Shown here: in pieces, positions 51,801 through 64,000 of the stretch
Numbering within the stretch: the first letter of the stretch is position 1
Layout of the letters: each line of letters starts with the position of its first letter
DNA from: Raja brachyura
Lineage: Eukaryota
DNA length: 64,000 bases
Direction: 5' to 3'
Assembly: GCA_963514005.1 (NCBI GenBank)
Contig: OY740782.1
Location: forward strand, 21,204,001 to 21,268,000
Position numbers and translations under genes: made by a program
Notes under the pieces: generated by a model
Database searches by the model: none
What the model was told of the DNA's origin: nothing
Seen by the model: the letters and a program-made list of their open reading frames with translations, nothing else

Positions 51801-54800
51801 TTCTGCAGTTATCCAGGGCCCTGGTGAGACCACATCAGGAGTATTGTGTGCAGTTTTGGTCTCCTAATTTGAGAAAGGACATCCTTGTTATTGAGGCATA
51901 GGTTCACGAGGTTAATCCCCGGGATGGTGGGACTGGCATATGAGGAAAGATTTTAAAGACTGGGCTTGTATTCACTAGAATTTAGAAGGATGAGAGGGGA
52001 TCTTACAGAAACATATAAAATTATAAAACTGGACAAGCTAGATGCAGGAAAAATGTTCCCAATGTTTGAGTCCAGAACCAGGAGCTACAGTCTAAGAATA
52101 AAGGGGATGTGTCGGGGACTGGCAGAAGTCCAGACCGCTTTTTTTTTCCAAATTTCCCTTCCAGGATTACACTCCTGGGTGTCTGGGGTTACCAATTGTG
52201 TCAGGGACTGGCAGGAGTCTGGCCAAAAACTAGTTGGACACAAGTGTGTGCTCTAGACGTCTTTATTCTTCTACATACGGCTCCCTACTCCTCAGCTGAC
52301 ACGGACATTGCCCGGCCTTAAATAACAACTCAGATAATGACCCCGTGACTCACGCCTCCCCCACCAAGACGCCGCCCTTTAGAGCCGATGGTTTGTCGTG
52401 ACTTTGGGTTGCTATCAGGTGCCGCCACATAACCCCCCTCCCCCAGAAGCAGAGGCACCGAACTGCACAGAACGTCGCACGAGGTGGGCCAAACGTGTAG
52501 ATACAATCCTGGGGGCTTGCTCGGTTTGGTAGAATCTCCGGGAGCCTGGGACGGCGGATGCCCACAATGGGGAGGTTGAGCCACATGGACTAGCTCGCTT
52601 AGGTCCAAGTGGGCCGGTTTCAAACGAGCCACAGACACCGTTTCACGTTGGCCTCCCATGTCCAAATCGAATGTAGTAGCCGCGGGCCGCAGCATGAGAA
52701 AGGTTGACTTGTGCGAGTCACGGCGAAGAAAAACATACGGGCAGCCCATCAGTGGCAGTGGCACATGGGAAGGGGCCACTCCATGATGCGACGTTGGGAT
52801 GGGAGATAGGGCGCTGAGCCTCTCCCGTAAGCGGATCAGCATCGATGACGGGGGTTCCTGGGACCACATCAGCAGCAGGGACAAATTCCCCGGGGACAGT
52901 GAGCGGAGCACCATACACCAACTCCGCGGAGGACGCTGACAGATCCTCCTTGGGGGCCGTCCGAATCCCCAACAGGACCCACGGCAACTCGTCCATCCAC
53001 CCAGGGCCTGTGAGGCGAGCCTTCAGGGCGGCCTTCAGACAGCGGTGGAACCGCTCCACCAACCCATTTGATTGGGGATGGTACGCTGTCGTGTGGTGCT
53101 GTGGTCCCCAACAGGCGGGCCATGGCGGACCACAGTGCAGATGGAAACTGGGCTCCCCGGTCGGATGTGATGTGCAGTGGCACCCCAAAATGGGTAATCC
53201 AGGCTGCCATGAGGGCATGAGCACACAACTGCGTTAAAGTGTCCGTGAGCAGGATGCCCTCCGGCCACCGCGTAAAATGGTCAACCACCGTAAGCAGGTG
53301 TGGGACGGACGCAGCGGCCCCACGATGTCCATGGGTATGTGATCGAACCGCCAGCGTGGTACTGCAAAGTCTTGATTGGGCGCACAGATGCACCTTTGAT
53401 GTCTGGCACGGGCCCAGCGAGCGACCTGCTTCAGAAGTCCGTGCCACATGAACCTTGCCGCCACCATAGCGACCGTGGCCCAGATGGATGGGTAGGCCAG
53501 CCCATGGACCACCTCAAACACGCGACAGCGCCAGGCCGCCAGAACGATAGGCCTCGGCTGACCCATGGATACGTCACAGAGGATGGCACCCGAGGGACCC
53601 AATGGCACATCTTCAAGCACCAAACCAGAGATCGTGGTGCGGTACGCCGGCATCTCATCGTCCGCCAGCTGGGCCGCCGCCAAGTCGGAGTAATCTATCC
53701 CCGAGGCCGGTTTAAGCACGGCTGCAATTACCGGACGGGACAAAGCATCTGCCACGAGGTTGCTATTCCCAGCGATGTGCCGGACGTCTGTTGTATACTC
53801 CGATATAGCTGCCAGCTGGCGCTGCTGACGGGCGGACCAAATGCAAATGTGAGGGGCTTGTGGTCCGTGAAGGCTACAAAGGAACGGCCCTCGAAGAAGT
53901 ACCGTAAGTGCTGCACTGCGAGGTGTAAGGCAAGCAACACCCAGTCAAAAGCGCTGTAGGTGCTGGCTAAAGAAGACGAGAGGCCGCCAATGGCCGTTAA
54001 CGGATTGTTCTAAAGCTCTGCCGACCACAGAGTCCGAGGCTCCACGGTAAGGGCTGTGAGGGCGTCGGCCGATGGATGCACGAGCATAGTCGCCCGAGCC
54101 AAGGCCTCCTTCGCCCCTTCAAACACCGCCATGGCGACAGTGTCCCACTGTATCTGCTGTTGCTTGCCCGTCAGCAACTTAAAAAGCGGCTGCAAAAGTT
54201 CGGCAACCGCCGGAATGGACCGGTGGTAAAATGTGACCGTCCCTACGAACTCCTGGAGGCCACGTACTGCAGCAGGCCGCGGGAACTGGCGGATTGCCTC
54301 AACCCTGCCCGGCAGAGGCACTGCTCCATGCCGTGTCACCCGCTGCCCCAGGAAGTTGATGGCTCGAAGGCACTTGCCAGGGCTAATTACGAGGCCATGG
54401 TCACTGAGGCGCTGGAAGAGTAGACGCAGGTGGGCGCAGCTTCAGCGAGACTGTGTTGAGTTTGGCCTCGTTGGCCTTGTAGGCGGCAGCGGCAGACTGC
54501 TTTTTTTTTCCAAATTTCCCTTCCAGGATTACACTCCTGGACGTCTGGGGTTACCAATTGTGTCGGGGACTGGCAGGAGTCTGGCCAAAAACTAGTTGGA
54601 CACAAGTGTGTGCTCTAGACGTGTTTATTCTTCTGCATACAGCTCCCTACTCCTCAGCTGACACGGGCGTTGCCCGGCCTTAAATAACAACTCAGATAAT
54701 GACCCCGTGACTCACCAAGATTCCGCCTTCTAGAGCCAATGGTTTGTCGTGACTTGTGTTGCTATCAAGTGCCGCCACAGGGAGGCCATTTAAAACTGAG

Positions 54801-55054
54801 ATGAAAAAAAACGTTTTCTCCCAGAGAATTGTGGATTTGTGGAATTCTCTGCCACAGAAGGTAGTGAAGGCCAATTCATTGGATGAATGTAAAAGATAGT
54901 TAGATAGAGCTCTTGGGGCTTGCGGAATCAAGGGGTATGGGGAGAAAGCAGGCACGGGTTACTGATTGTGGATGATCAGCGATAATCACAATGAATGGCA
55001 GTGCTGGCTCGAAGGGCCGAATGGCCTCCTCCTGAACCTATTTTCTATGTTTCT
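48870..55054 (+). mobile_element. Long CR1 LINE (ORF1 end, APE endonuclease, RT, 3'UTR) with a nested CR1 3' end (~50660-51070) and a nested Gypsy (52108-54779)
   Basis: IGVTYRPPN..VVMGDFN (49389-49646), KSPGPDGLHP (50383-50613), SGMPQGSVLG..KFADDTKL (51309-51641); sequence resumes after the Gypsy at 54780. Confidence 0.93.
52108..54779 (-). mobile_element. Gypsy LTR retrotransposon, internally deleted, tandem-derived
   Basis: 5' LTR 54779-54559 (TGT...ACA), PBS-like TGGTAACCCC, RT end/RNase H (LQEFVGTVTFYHR, FTDHKPL, ADALSR), integrase (TAYHPQSNGLVERFHR), PPT, second LTR 52429-52197, 4-bp TSD GGGA at 52104-52107 and 54780-54783. Confidence 0.95.
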
Positions 55055-57069
55055 AATTTTCATTGAATGTTAGGATAGTTGCTCTGTACCTCAACATCTT
55101 TGCCTCTACTTCTGCCAAAACACACAACTCACCTTTCCAAAATCAGATATCAATTACTTCATTATGATGTGTATTCAATAGAGTATTCAAACATTTACAC
55201 CCATAGCAACTGTTTCGCTAATCATAATGCTCATGGTGCTACAAACCCATATTTAGAAATTGTCAAAACTCCATTCATAATAGTTTAATCAATTTAATGC
55301 ATATATCACCTTTGACTCTCGGTGTTATATAACTATAGGAAACAGAATGAACAGCTGACAACCACCTCACCACCTTGATATATTTTTTTAATTTATGTTT
55401 TTTTCGATCTACCAACACCAGAGACTAATTCCAATACATTATTTATATCCTCAGCATCCCTGTGATGTTTTATTACAATTATAAAATCCAGTTAAAGTTT
55501 CAAATGATTTACGAAATTTAATACCAAGACGTATGAGGAGGTACATTTGGCTGATAAAATAAGAAAAGACAATGTAGATGAAATGACACAGTTCTAAAGA
55601 GTGTTCAGTAACAGAGGATCCTGTGTATATGTGCATAAATCCTTGAAAATTGCAGGGAATATTGAGAGAGTGGTTAGTAGAGTTTATGGGATTGTGGAAT
55701 TAACAGACTGAAGCGTAGTGTACAATAGCAGGGGGGTTACTTTGAAAAGTGTACAACGCTTAGTTAGGGCGCAACTGTTGTGTTGCATTCATTTTCAGCC
55801 ACCTTGCTGTCAGGATCTGAAAGTCTTTGAGAGGGTGCTGAAAATAATTCTGAAAATGGCTCCAGGGTTTACAGAATAAACTGTAAAGCTAATGCTGCAA
55901 GAAAAAAGATTCAGATAATTAAGTGGAGTAATAGGATAAACAAAGAGATGTTGCTTTTGTTAACAGATGGTTCAAAGACCGGGGAGTACAGATTATAACC
56001 TTTGGCCAAAGGATACGAGAATGGGAGAAAAGCCTTTTCACTCATACAGAAGTTAAAACCTGGTACTTATTGCTGGTTGGTTTATGGAATCAACCTGACC
56101 TTTCAAAAGCATTACCGAGGGTGTAATTAGGAAAAGAGCCAGCAAAGAGCCAATGGACCAAATGGCCTTCTTCTGTGCAGTAACAATCTATCATTCTGTT
56201 ATTCTTTCAGTTCAATTGCATTTTATTTGCTTATCCTCAAACTCTTATTACCAGAAGAGTAGAGACTTATTACAGACTTAATACCAGAAGCAATGGTTTT
56301 TACTAATATAATATTTCCCAGACCTTAAAAAATTCTGTTAGAAAGTAACGGCTGTTTGCACTGCTTTGATTTAGTTTCCCCATTAAAAGCAATTAGACAG
56401 GAGCACAACAGTAATGTACTGACAAGACTGGAGCTTGCTTTTCACTGCTGCACGTTTAATTGTGGATGTGGGCAGAACAGCTATTGTCCAGGTCATACAG
56501 AGCACAAGCTGAGCCCAGAGTCTGGTCTGGCTTTCACAGTCAATGCTTGTACTGTGCCAATTAAAATATAACAAAGAGAAAACTAATCCCTCTGTTAAGA
56601 AGGTTGTGCAGAGACTCGAACTGGCCATGTAAAATCACAATTCTGTTTTAGTGGGTATAGTTATTAACCATTTCAGAAATGCAGCTCCACCTCTAACGCC
56701 TAATCATAACACAACACACAAATTATATGTTGAGAACAAGGAAGAAATGATTAATGAACAAGCAAAACAAATATAAATATATTAGATGGGGAAGATAAAT
56801 AAGTATGCTTTACTTTTTGTTAATCATTTTAGCTGGGAGAATTGTGAGAGATTATTGTGCATGATCAACATTCCTTGCGGAATAAAGGAATTCCTCTGAG
56901 TCGTAGTTCAGATCTTGCATTTCTATAATGGCACATTCTCCTGTAGTCAAGTGCTAAAACTATATTGACAGCTAAATCTCATTGTTATCAGTAGTTTCAA
57001 ATGTAATATGAACAACCTGTTCCCTTTGATACACATTCTGTTATACAAGCAGGAACTGATACATACTTT

Positions 57070-57200
57070 CTGAAGAAGGGTCTCAACCCGAAACGTCACC
57101 CATTCCTTCTCTTCAGAGATACTGCCTGTCCTGCTGGGTTACCCCAGCTTTTTGTGTCTATCTTCGGTTTAAACCAACATCTGCAGTTCCTCCTTACACA
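57070..57200 (+). mobile_element. Solo PLE pLTR with hammerhead-like motif (57070-57097)
   Basis: CTGAAGAAGGGTCTCAACCCGAAACGTCACC followed by pLTR body. Confidence 0.8.
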
Positions 57201-57819
57201 TACTTTACAGGTTCTTTTGTTGCCATTTTTACATGTATTGAGGATGAACATTTTATCCTGGCTGCAGGTTTCCATCTCTCCCCCAGCAGTAGATAAAATA
57301 ATTTCCAAATTACTTGTCTCTGAGCTTTTCTCTGACAAGCCTTCTGATATGAGATGAAGAAACGTTTTTTATTTTATCCAATGGGTGGCCCCATGCTTAA
57401 GACTACCATGACCTGGACCTGGGTTCAAATCTCACCACAGGGACTGACTGTAGTCTTTGCTCATTTCTTTTGCTCATTCTTTTCAGTTTTCCCCTCACAT
57501 ATTAGCGCGATGCAACTGTAAATTATACCTAACGTTAGGTAGAAGAACCAGTGCTGTATTTATCGGCATTGGAGACAGAATAGGTAACAGAGAAATAAGT
57601 CAAAGTATGGGTTGATGGGATTGTTCAGACAACCTAGACAAGCATAGACATGATGGGCTCATTGGCTCCTTCTATGCCATAAGATAACAAGATGACATTA
57701 TGATTAGGATTCTGTTCCTTGGAAGGCTGTGGATATTCATTTGTTGAGTATGTTCAAATCTGAGACTGATAAATTGTTAGTCACCAAAATATGAGGAAAT
57801 GTGGTCTTGAGATGAAGGA

Positions 57820-58215
57820 TGGGGGGGGGGGACACCTTATTGAAATTTACCGACTGGTGAAATGTTTGGATAGAGTGGATGTGGAGAGGATGTTTCCACT
57901 AGTGGGAGAATCTAGGACTATATGCCATAGCCTCAGAATTAAAGGATGTTCCCTTCGGAAGGAGATGAGGTGGAATTTCTTTATTCAGTGGGTGGTGAAT
58001 CTGGGGAATTCTTTGCCACAGAAGGCTGTAGAGGGTGTTAATGGATATTTTGAAGGCATAGATAGATACATTCTTGATTAGCATGATTGTCAAGGGTTAT
58101 TGGGAGAAGACAGGAGAATGGGATTAGGAGGGAAAGATAGATCAGCCATGATAGAATGGCGGAGCAGACGTGATGGCCTGAATGCCCTAATTCAGCTCTT
58201 ATTACTTATGACTTT
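57820..58215 (+). mobile_element. CR1 3' end fragment
   Basis: LIEIYRLVKCLDRVDVERMFPLVGESRT. Confidence 0.88.
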
Positions 58216-58319
58216 ATGATCTTATTGACTGGCACATCTCCTTGGTCTACACCTGTTTCTATGCCATATATTCTTTTGATAGTATCTGCCTGATCAATAA
58301 CTGAGAAAGAAAATAGTTC

Positions 58320-59573
58320 CACTACAAACCAACTGACTCCCACAGCTACCTGGACTACTCTTCCTCCCACCCTGCTTCCTGTAAGGACTCCATCCCCTAT
58401 TCCCAATTCCTCCGTCTACGCCGCATCTGCTCCCAGGATGACGTGTTCCACACCAGGTCATCACAAATGTCCTCATTCTTCAGAGAACGGGGTTTCCCCT
58501 CCCCCACTATAGATGAGGCTCGCATCAGGGTCTCCTCCATACCCTGCAACACTGCCCTCTCTCCCCATTCCCCCACTCACAACAAGGGCCGAGTCCCCCG
58601 GGTCCTCACCTTTCACCCCACCAGCCAGCGCATACAACAGATAGTCCTCCGCCAGTTTCGCCACCTCCAATGTGACCCCTCCACTCGCCACATCTTCCCA
58701 TCTCCCCCCCTGTCTGCCTTCCGCAAAGACCGCTCCCTCCGCAACTCCCTTGTCAATTCTTCCCTTCCCTCCCGCTCCACTCCTTCCCCGGGCACTTTCC
58801 CTTGCAACCGTAAGAGATGCTACACTTGTTCCTTCACCTCCCCCATCCACTCCTTTCAGGGACCCAAGCAGTCATTCCAAGTCCGACAGAGGTTCACCTG
58901 CACCTCCTCCAACCTCATCTACTGCATCTGTTGCTCCAGATGCCAGCTGATCTACATTGGTGTGACCAAACGGAGGCTGGGCGATCGTTTCGCCGAACAC
59001 CTCCGCTCGGTCCGCAATAACCAACCCGACCTCCCGGTGGCTCAGCACTTCAACTCCCCCTCCCATTCCGTATCCGACCTCTCGGTCCTGGGCCTCCTCC
59101 ACGGCCAGAGTGAGCAACACCGCAAGTTGGAGGAACAGCACCTCATATTCAGCTTGGGGAGTCTGCATCCTCTGGGCTTAAACATTGAATTTTCTCAATT
59201 CTGTTAACCCAGACTGCCCCCTCCCCCTGCCCACCTCTCCCTCAGCCCTCGGGCCCTGACATTCCTTCTCCATCTCTCCCCCCCCCCCCACCCCAGTCGA
59301 ACTAGCTTCTCATTTTCACACCACGAACAGCTTACAATGGCCTGTTTCCTTTATCATCAATACTTTTTTGCATATCTTTCATTCATTGTTCTTTATCTCT
59401 CCATATCACTGTCTATATCTCTCGTTTCCCTGATCCCTGACCAGTCTGAAGAAGGGTCTCGACCCGAAACGTCGCCTATCTCCTTCGCTCCTTAGATGCT
59501 GCTGCACCCGCTGAGTTTCTCCAGCTTTTTGTGTAACCCTCGATTCTCCAGCATCTGCAGTTCCTTCTTTAAC
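58320..59573 (+). mobile_element. Young 5'-truncated Penelope-like element with open GIY-YIG region and pLTR
   Basis: 254-codon open frame 58443-59207 with PCNRKRCYTC and NLIYCICCSRCQLIYIGVTKRRLGDRFAEH; upstream YKPTDSHSYLDY motif; pLTR ~59440-59573. Confidence 0.95.
59446..59473 (+). ncRNA. Minimal hammerhead ribozyme motif in PLE pLTR
   Basis: CTGAAGAAGGGTCTCGACCCGAAACGTC, identical to 2116-2143 and 6194-6221. Confidence 0.65.
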
Positions 59574-60399
59574 AAGAAAATAGTTTATATTATTCTGCAC
59601 AAGTATTTTTACTTTGACTGGACTATTTGGCCCATAATAATAGTATCTCCATCCCAGGAGAAGTTTACAATATTTGGTTTTGTAAATATTCAAGCCCCGG
59701 TGCCTGATTTAGAATGATATCCACTCAATTACCAAAGAAATTGCAGTCCAGAAAACTTCATTATGATGGATCCTTGACTTGAAGGCGCAAGTAATGATTT
59801 CTGAGCAATTGCTCGATCCACTTGATCCTAAATAGCTTGAATTGCAACTTGTGAACAGTTAACAAATAACAAACTTGGTAGCAGCTTATTCTATTACTTC
59901 TCTCTCCTGTCAAGCCACGATTTTCCATTTCTATATAAGACTTTTAAAAGTCATTCAACTGAGAAATTTGAGTATGAGTGACAGACAAATTTAAGACTTG
60001 GTCTTTCAAAGTCATAGACGCAGCCGCTTGAGCTACTAATCCGCTAGATCTGCCAGTTTTTTTTAGGATGATTCATGCGTTATTATCTGTGGAGCCCCTT
60101 GGTGGGCACAGCTGGAGTGAGTCCATAACATAAGCTGCAAACTTTGCCCATAGCAGCAGTTCAAATCTGTTAAAATCTGAATACCAAGTAGATGAAAGCA
60201 GTGCTCAGACTCAACAAGAGAAAAATGTCCATTATGTTCTTTTTTGATTAAAATACAAATTCAGTGATAGATAAATTGAAGTAATATACTTGGAAAGTAA
60301 GTCTGCCCAGGGTCCTATTCTTTGCTTCGCCTCACTACCAACAGCACCCCCATCCCACACCTCCAAAACACAGGCACACGCACATCCTGCATGTGATCA

Positions 60400-60686
60400 G
60401 CAAGAATAAGAGGTAGGCCATGTAGGACTGAGATGAGGAAAAACTTCTTCACCCAGAGAATTGTGAATCTGTGGAATTCTCTGCCACAGAAGGTGGTGGA
60501 GGCCAATTAACTGGATGTTTTCAAGAGGGAGTTTAGATCTAAGGTCTAAAGGAATCAAGGGATATGGAGAAAAAACAGGAACGAGGTACTGATTTTAGAT
60601 GATCAGCCATGATCATATTGAATGGCGGTGCTGGCTCGAAGGGCTGAAAGGCCTACTCCTGCACCTATTTTTCTGTTTCTATGTTT
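60400..60686 (+). mobile_element. CR1 3' end fragment
   Basis: actgagatgaggaaaaacttcttcacccagagaattgtgaatctgtggaattc and the standard CR1 tail. Confidence 0.88.
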
Positions 60687-62489
60687 TTACCAATACTTTT
60701 TGCTCTTCCTTCCTTTCTCCTCAAATTTCACAATTCCACACACATACATCTCTGGCAACATTGAAATATGCGCGGGATGGAATATGTCAAGTTATTTTTT
60801 TCTTGGAAGCATTCTTGTGTACTTTACCTGCACTTTCTCAGTATTTGGATTTTAGCATATTCATATGGGTGATAGAGGGTTAAATGTGTTGAAGTAATAG
60901 AACAGCTGGTATGTATTAGCCGTATTCTGGAATGATATGACTGAGATATCTGGACATTATCCTTCACTGGAGGTAGTAGAAGAGGTAGCAGAAATCTGGA
61001 TCTGTCACACCAGCAAACAAAGGCTAAGAGCATTGAGATTTTCAAAACTGAGATCAATGTTTTCGTTAAACTATATGATTAAGGGTTAGGCCGCTAAAGA
61101 AAATGAATGCAACCACGATAAAGATCAGGCGTGGTCTAAATGAAAAGTATTGGAGATTCCAAATGGACTGAATGGCTGGATGGACAATACTGTGATGGAC
61201 AATACTTCAAAATTATTTTTGACCCAAATCAAATGTTGTGCCTGAAAGGAATCATTTGCATAGCTTACCCGAAACTATGAAAATAAAGTGATAGATTTGA
61301 TTTGCAGCAGCCTAAATAACCTAATAACGGTTGGCTTTGAAGAGAAGTTTAAAAGAAAGGTATAGGTTGATGATTACATTTCAAAAAAAGATATGCATTT
61401 TAAATGCAAATCAAGCTAGATTTAGCATCTGTCAACCAATTGGTCCTAAGTCCCAAACTGAAAGTCAGGGACTTAATTACTTGGGAATAGCTGAACACTG
61501 CCGTTTCCCTTTGGAACTGCAGACCAGGGGCAAATTATAATGCCTAAAACAAGAGTACTCCATAGCATTTGTTTTTATGTTAGTGTTTGAATGACACAAA
61601 ATAATGTAAACAAAATAAATATATCTCAAACTGATGACTGCACCTTTACATTCAAACTACAAAATAAATGTTCTTATAAAATGCAAGATGGTAGTTACAG
61701 GAATGAATTGAAACCACTGACTTCACTGGCACGTATAGTACAGCTGTTGGAATGATATTAGATCATTCTGTGTCACTTGACAACAGCTGCATGAACACTG
61801 AATTGAAATCATGAGTGTAATACTCTGTTTGCACTGTCCTTAGCAATCTGGAGGGCTTCCCATTTCCAGCACAAAGCAGTTTGTGAAGAACAGTATTAAT
61901 GTGTAGACAGATACACAAAGCAGTCCAAAGATATTTTTCTGTGTCCCCTTATCTTTGCTAATCCAGATCTTTGGAAGAAATAAGATGCATTGAGACTAAT
62001 CATTCCTTACTGCATACTTATTTGCAGCTGTGACACTTAAATTGAAAGGCACATGCAGTTACCTACATCTGTCCATCTAAAATGTAATTCTGCACCAATC
62101 CAATAAATTAAACGATATCCTTTATTCACATATTACTTTTGCAAATTATATATATTTACTTTTATCTTCCCCATTCACCAATATATTGCATTTATGTCAC
62201 TGTACTCTTTCAGTGACTTTCAAAAGTAATTTAAGTCAATTTGGAAAGTCTGTGCACCAGTGTAGAATTTCCAACTCATTCTGTTAACAAATATGGTTCA
62301 TATGTATGCTTAATGGTGAATCACTGTATAGCATCTGATAAATGGGAGGCTTTTGTAAGAGGGATAGGGGGAGTTCAGGGCCACCATGCTCCTGTTAGAG
62401 TGAGGGCAAGGCTGGGTGGATTAGGGAACCTTGGTTGCGGGGTGATATTGGGCTCTAGAAAAAATAGGTACATGTCAGGTGATGTTAAA

Positions 62490-63435
62490 CAATAGACTAA
62501 AGACAATAGGTGCAGGAGCAGGCCATTTGGCCTGTTGACCCAGTGCCGCCATTCATTGTGATCATGGCTGATCATCCACAATCAGTACCCCGTTACTGCC
62601 TTCTCTCCATATCCCTTGACTCCGCGATCTTCAAGAACTCTATCTAACTCTCTCTTGAAAGCATCCAGAGAATTGGCCTCCGCTGCCTTCTGAGGCAGAG
62701 AATTCCACAGATTCACATCTTTCTGGGTGAAACCGATTTTCCTCATCTCCGTTCTAAATGACCTACCCCTTATTGTTAAACTGTGGCCCCTGGTTCTGAA
62801 CTCCCCCATCATTGGGAACATGTTTCCTGCCTCTAGCATGTCCAATCCTTTAATAATCTTATATGTTTCAATAATATCCCATCTCATCCTTCTAAATTCC
62901 AGTGTATACAAGCTCAATCACTCCATTCTCTCAACATATGACAGTTCCGCCATCCTGGGAATTAACCTCATGAACCTACCCTGCACTCCCTCAATAGCAA
63001 GAAAGTCTTTCGTCAAATTTGGAGACCAAAACTGCACACAATTCTCCAGGTGTGGTCTCACCAGACCCTGTACAACTGCAGAAGGACCTCTTTGTTCCTA
63101 TACTCAACTCTTCTTGTTATAAAGGCCAACATGCCATTAGCTTTCTTCACTGCCTGCTGTACCTGCATGCTCACTTTCAGTGACTGATGAACAAATACCC
63201 CCAGATCTCATTGTACTTTATCTTTTCCCAGCTTGACACCATTCAGATAATAATCTGCCTTCCCGTTTTTGCCACCAAAGTGGATAACCTCATAGTTATC
63301 CACATGAAACTGCATCTGCCATGCATCTGCCCATTCACCCAACCTGTCCAAGTCACCCTGCATCCTCATTGCATCCTCGTCACAGTTCACTTTGCCACCC
63401 AGCTTTGTGTCATCTGCAAATTTGCTAATGTTACT
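62490..63435 (-). mobile_element. CR1 LINE 3' fragment
   Basis: SKFADDTKLGG..WQMQFHVD (63208-63435); YTLEFRRMRWDIIETYK..TRGHSL (62582-62917). Confidence 0.94.
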
Positions 63436-63654
63436 TTTCTCTCTAATCAATAGGGCAACTCCCCCTCCTATCTTTATCCCCCTCCTATCTGTATCACAGA
63501 GCATTAGGCTGCCAGTACTAACCAACTCTCAACCGTGTTTCCATAAAAGTTGTAATATCAAAATCCTCGGTGCCGATCCATGGGCTGAGTTTGTCTGCTA
63601 TACCTGTCGGGTGTAGCCTATCAGACCTTCCTCGCTCACTTTGTGGCCCTATCT

Positions 63655-64000
63655 TTTAGGTTTAAATGTATTATTGTCATGTGCCCCGAGGTACAGTGCA
63701 AAGCTTTGTTTTATATGCGATCCAAACTGATCAGATCGACCATACATGAATACAATCAAGTTAAACTCAAATATAAAGGGGAAGATATAGTTCTGAGCAT
63801 TGTGGTGCATTAGTTCCATAGACAAAGACCAATGTCCGCACCAGTTAGAGGTGAATCGGACACTACCTACAGTAGTTTATGGAAAGACTGTTCAGAAGCT
63901 TGATAACAGAAGGCGCTCCTGAGTCTGGTGCTGTGTGTTTTCTAACTTCTGTAGCTGAAGAAGGGTCCTGATCTGAAACATCACCTATCAATGTTCTCCA
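63655..64000. mobile_element. Rex1/Babar 3' end (minus) followed by a degenerate PLE pLTR (plus)
   Basis: ttattgtcatgtg..gaggtacagtg tail signature; CTGAAGAAGGGTCCTGATCTGAAACATCACC at ~63955. Confidence 0.65.

Larger units (their letters stand above)
57204..60166 (-). pseudogene. Second cluster of candidate exons (60166-59898, 59827-59733, 57343-57204), possibly the same decayed gene
   Basis: AG/GT boundaries on the minus strand; a single frame reads FELLLWAKFAAYVMDSLQ..*..LKDQVLNLSVTHTQISQLNDF*..|SSGSSNCSEIITCAFKSRIHHNEVFWTAISL|KACQRKAQRQVIWKLFYLLLGERW.., 2 stops in ~165 codons. Confidence 0.38.

Noticed and set aside
53300-53959. 219-aa plus-strand ORF
   Set aside because: Antisense shadow of Gypsy pol.
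60067-60116. Plus-strand exon with strong sites (ttttttttag...gtgagt)
   Set aside because: Isolated 50-nt candidate overlapping the minus-strand exon candidate; cannot be supported without transcript data.

Overview
Eukaryotic, repeat-dominated genomic DNA. The repeat repertoire points to a cartilaginous fish, probably a skate or ray (inference): CR1/HER1-type LINEs, HE1-type tRNA-derived V-SINEs, Rex1/Babar LINEs, Penelope-like elements (PLE), an AT-rich L1, Gypsy LTR elements, a DIRS tyrosine-recombinase element, PIF/Harbinger-type MITEs and a Tc1 end. Most ORFs in the track are TE fragments or antisense shadows of them. There is no CRISPR array, rRNA or true tRNA gene. Points of interest: (1) a chain of minus-strand exon-like segments (11.5-18 kb and 57-60 kb) with canonical splice sites, sharing one reading frame with scattered stops, i.e. 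a candidate decayed multi-exon gene I cannot identify; (2) a young PLE family carrying minimal hammerhead-ribozyme motifs, including a ~310-bp hairpin mini-element with a 15-bp TSD inside the DIRS gag; (3) a 142-bp near-perfect foldback; (4) a 73-bp locally templated inverted insertion; (5) a tandem Gypsy with a collapsed second unit. I found no clearly new biological system. Boundaries of degenerate repeats are approximate.
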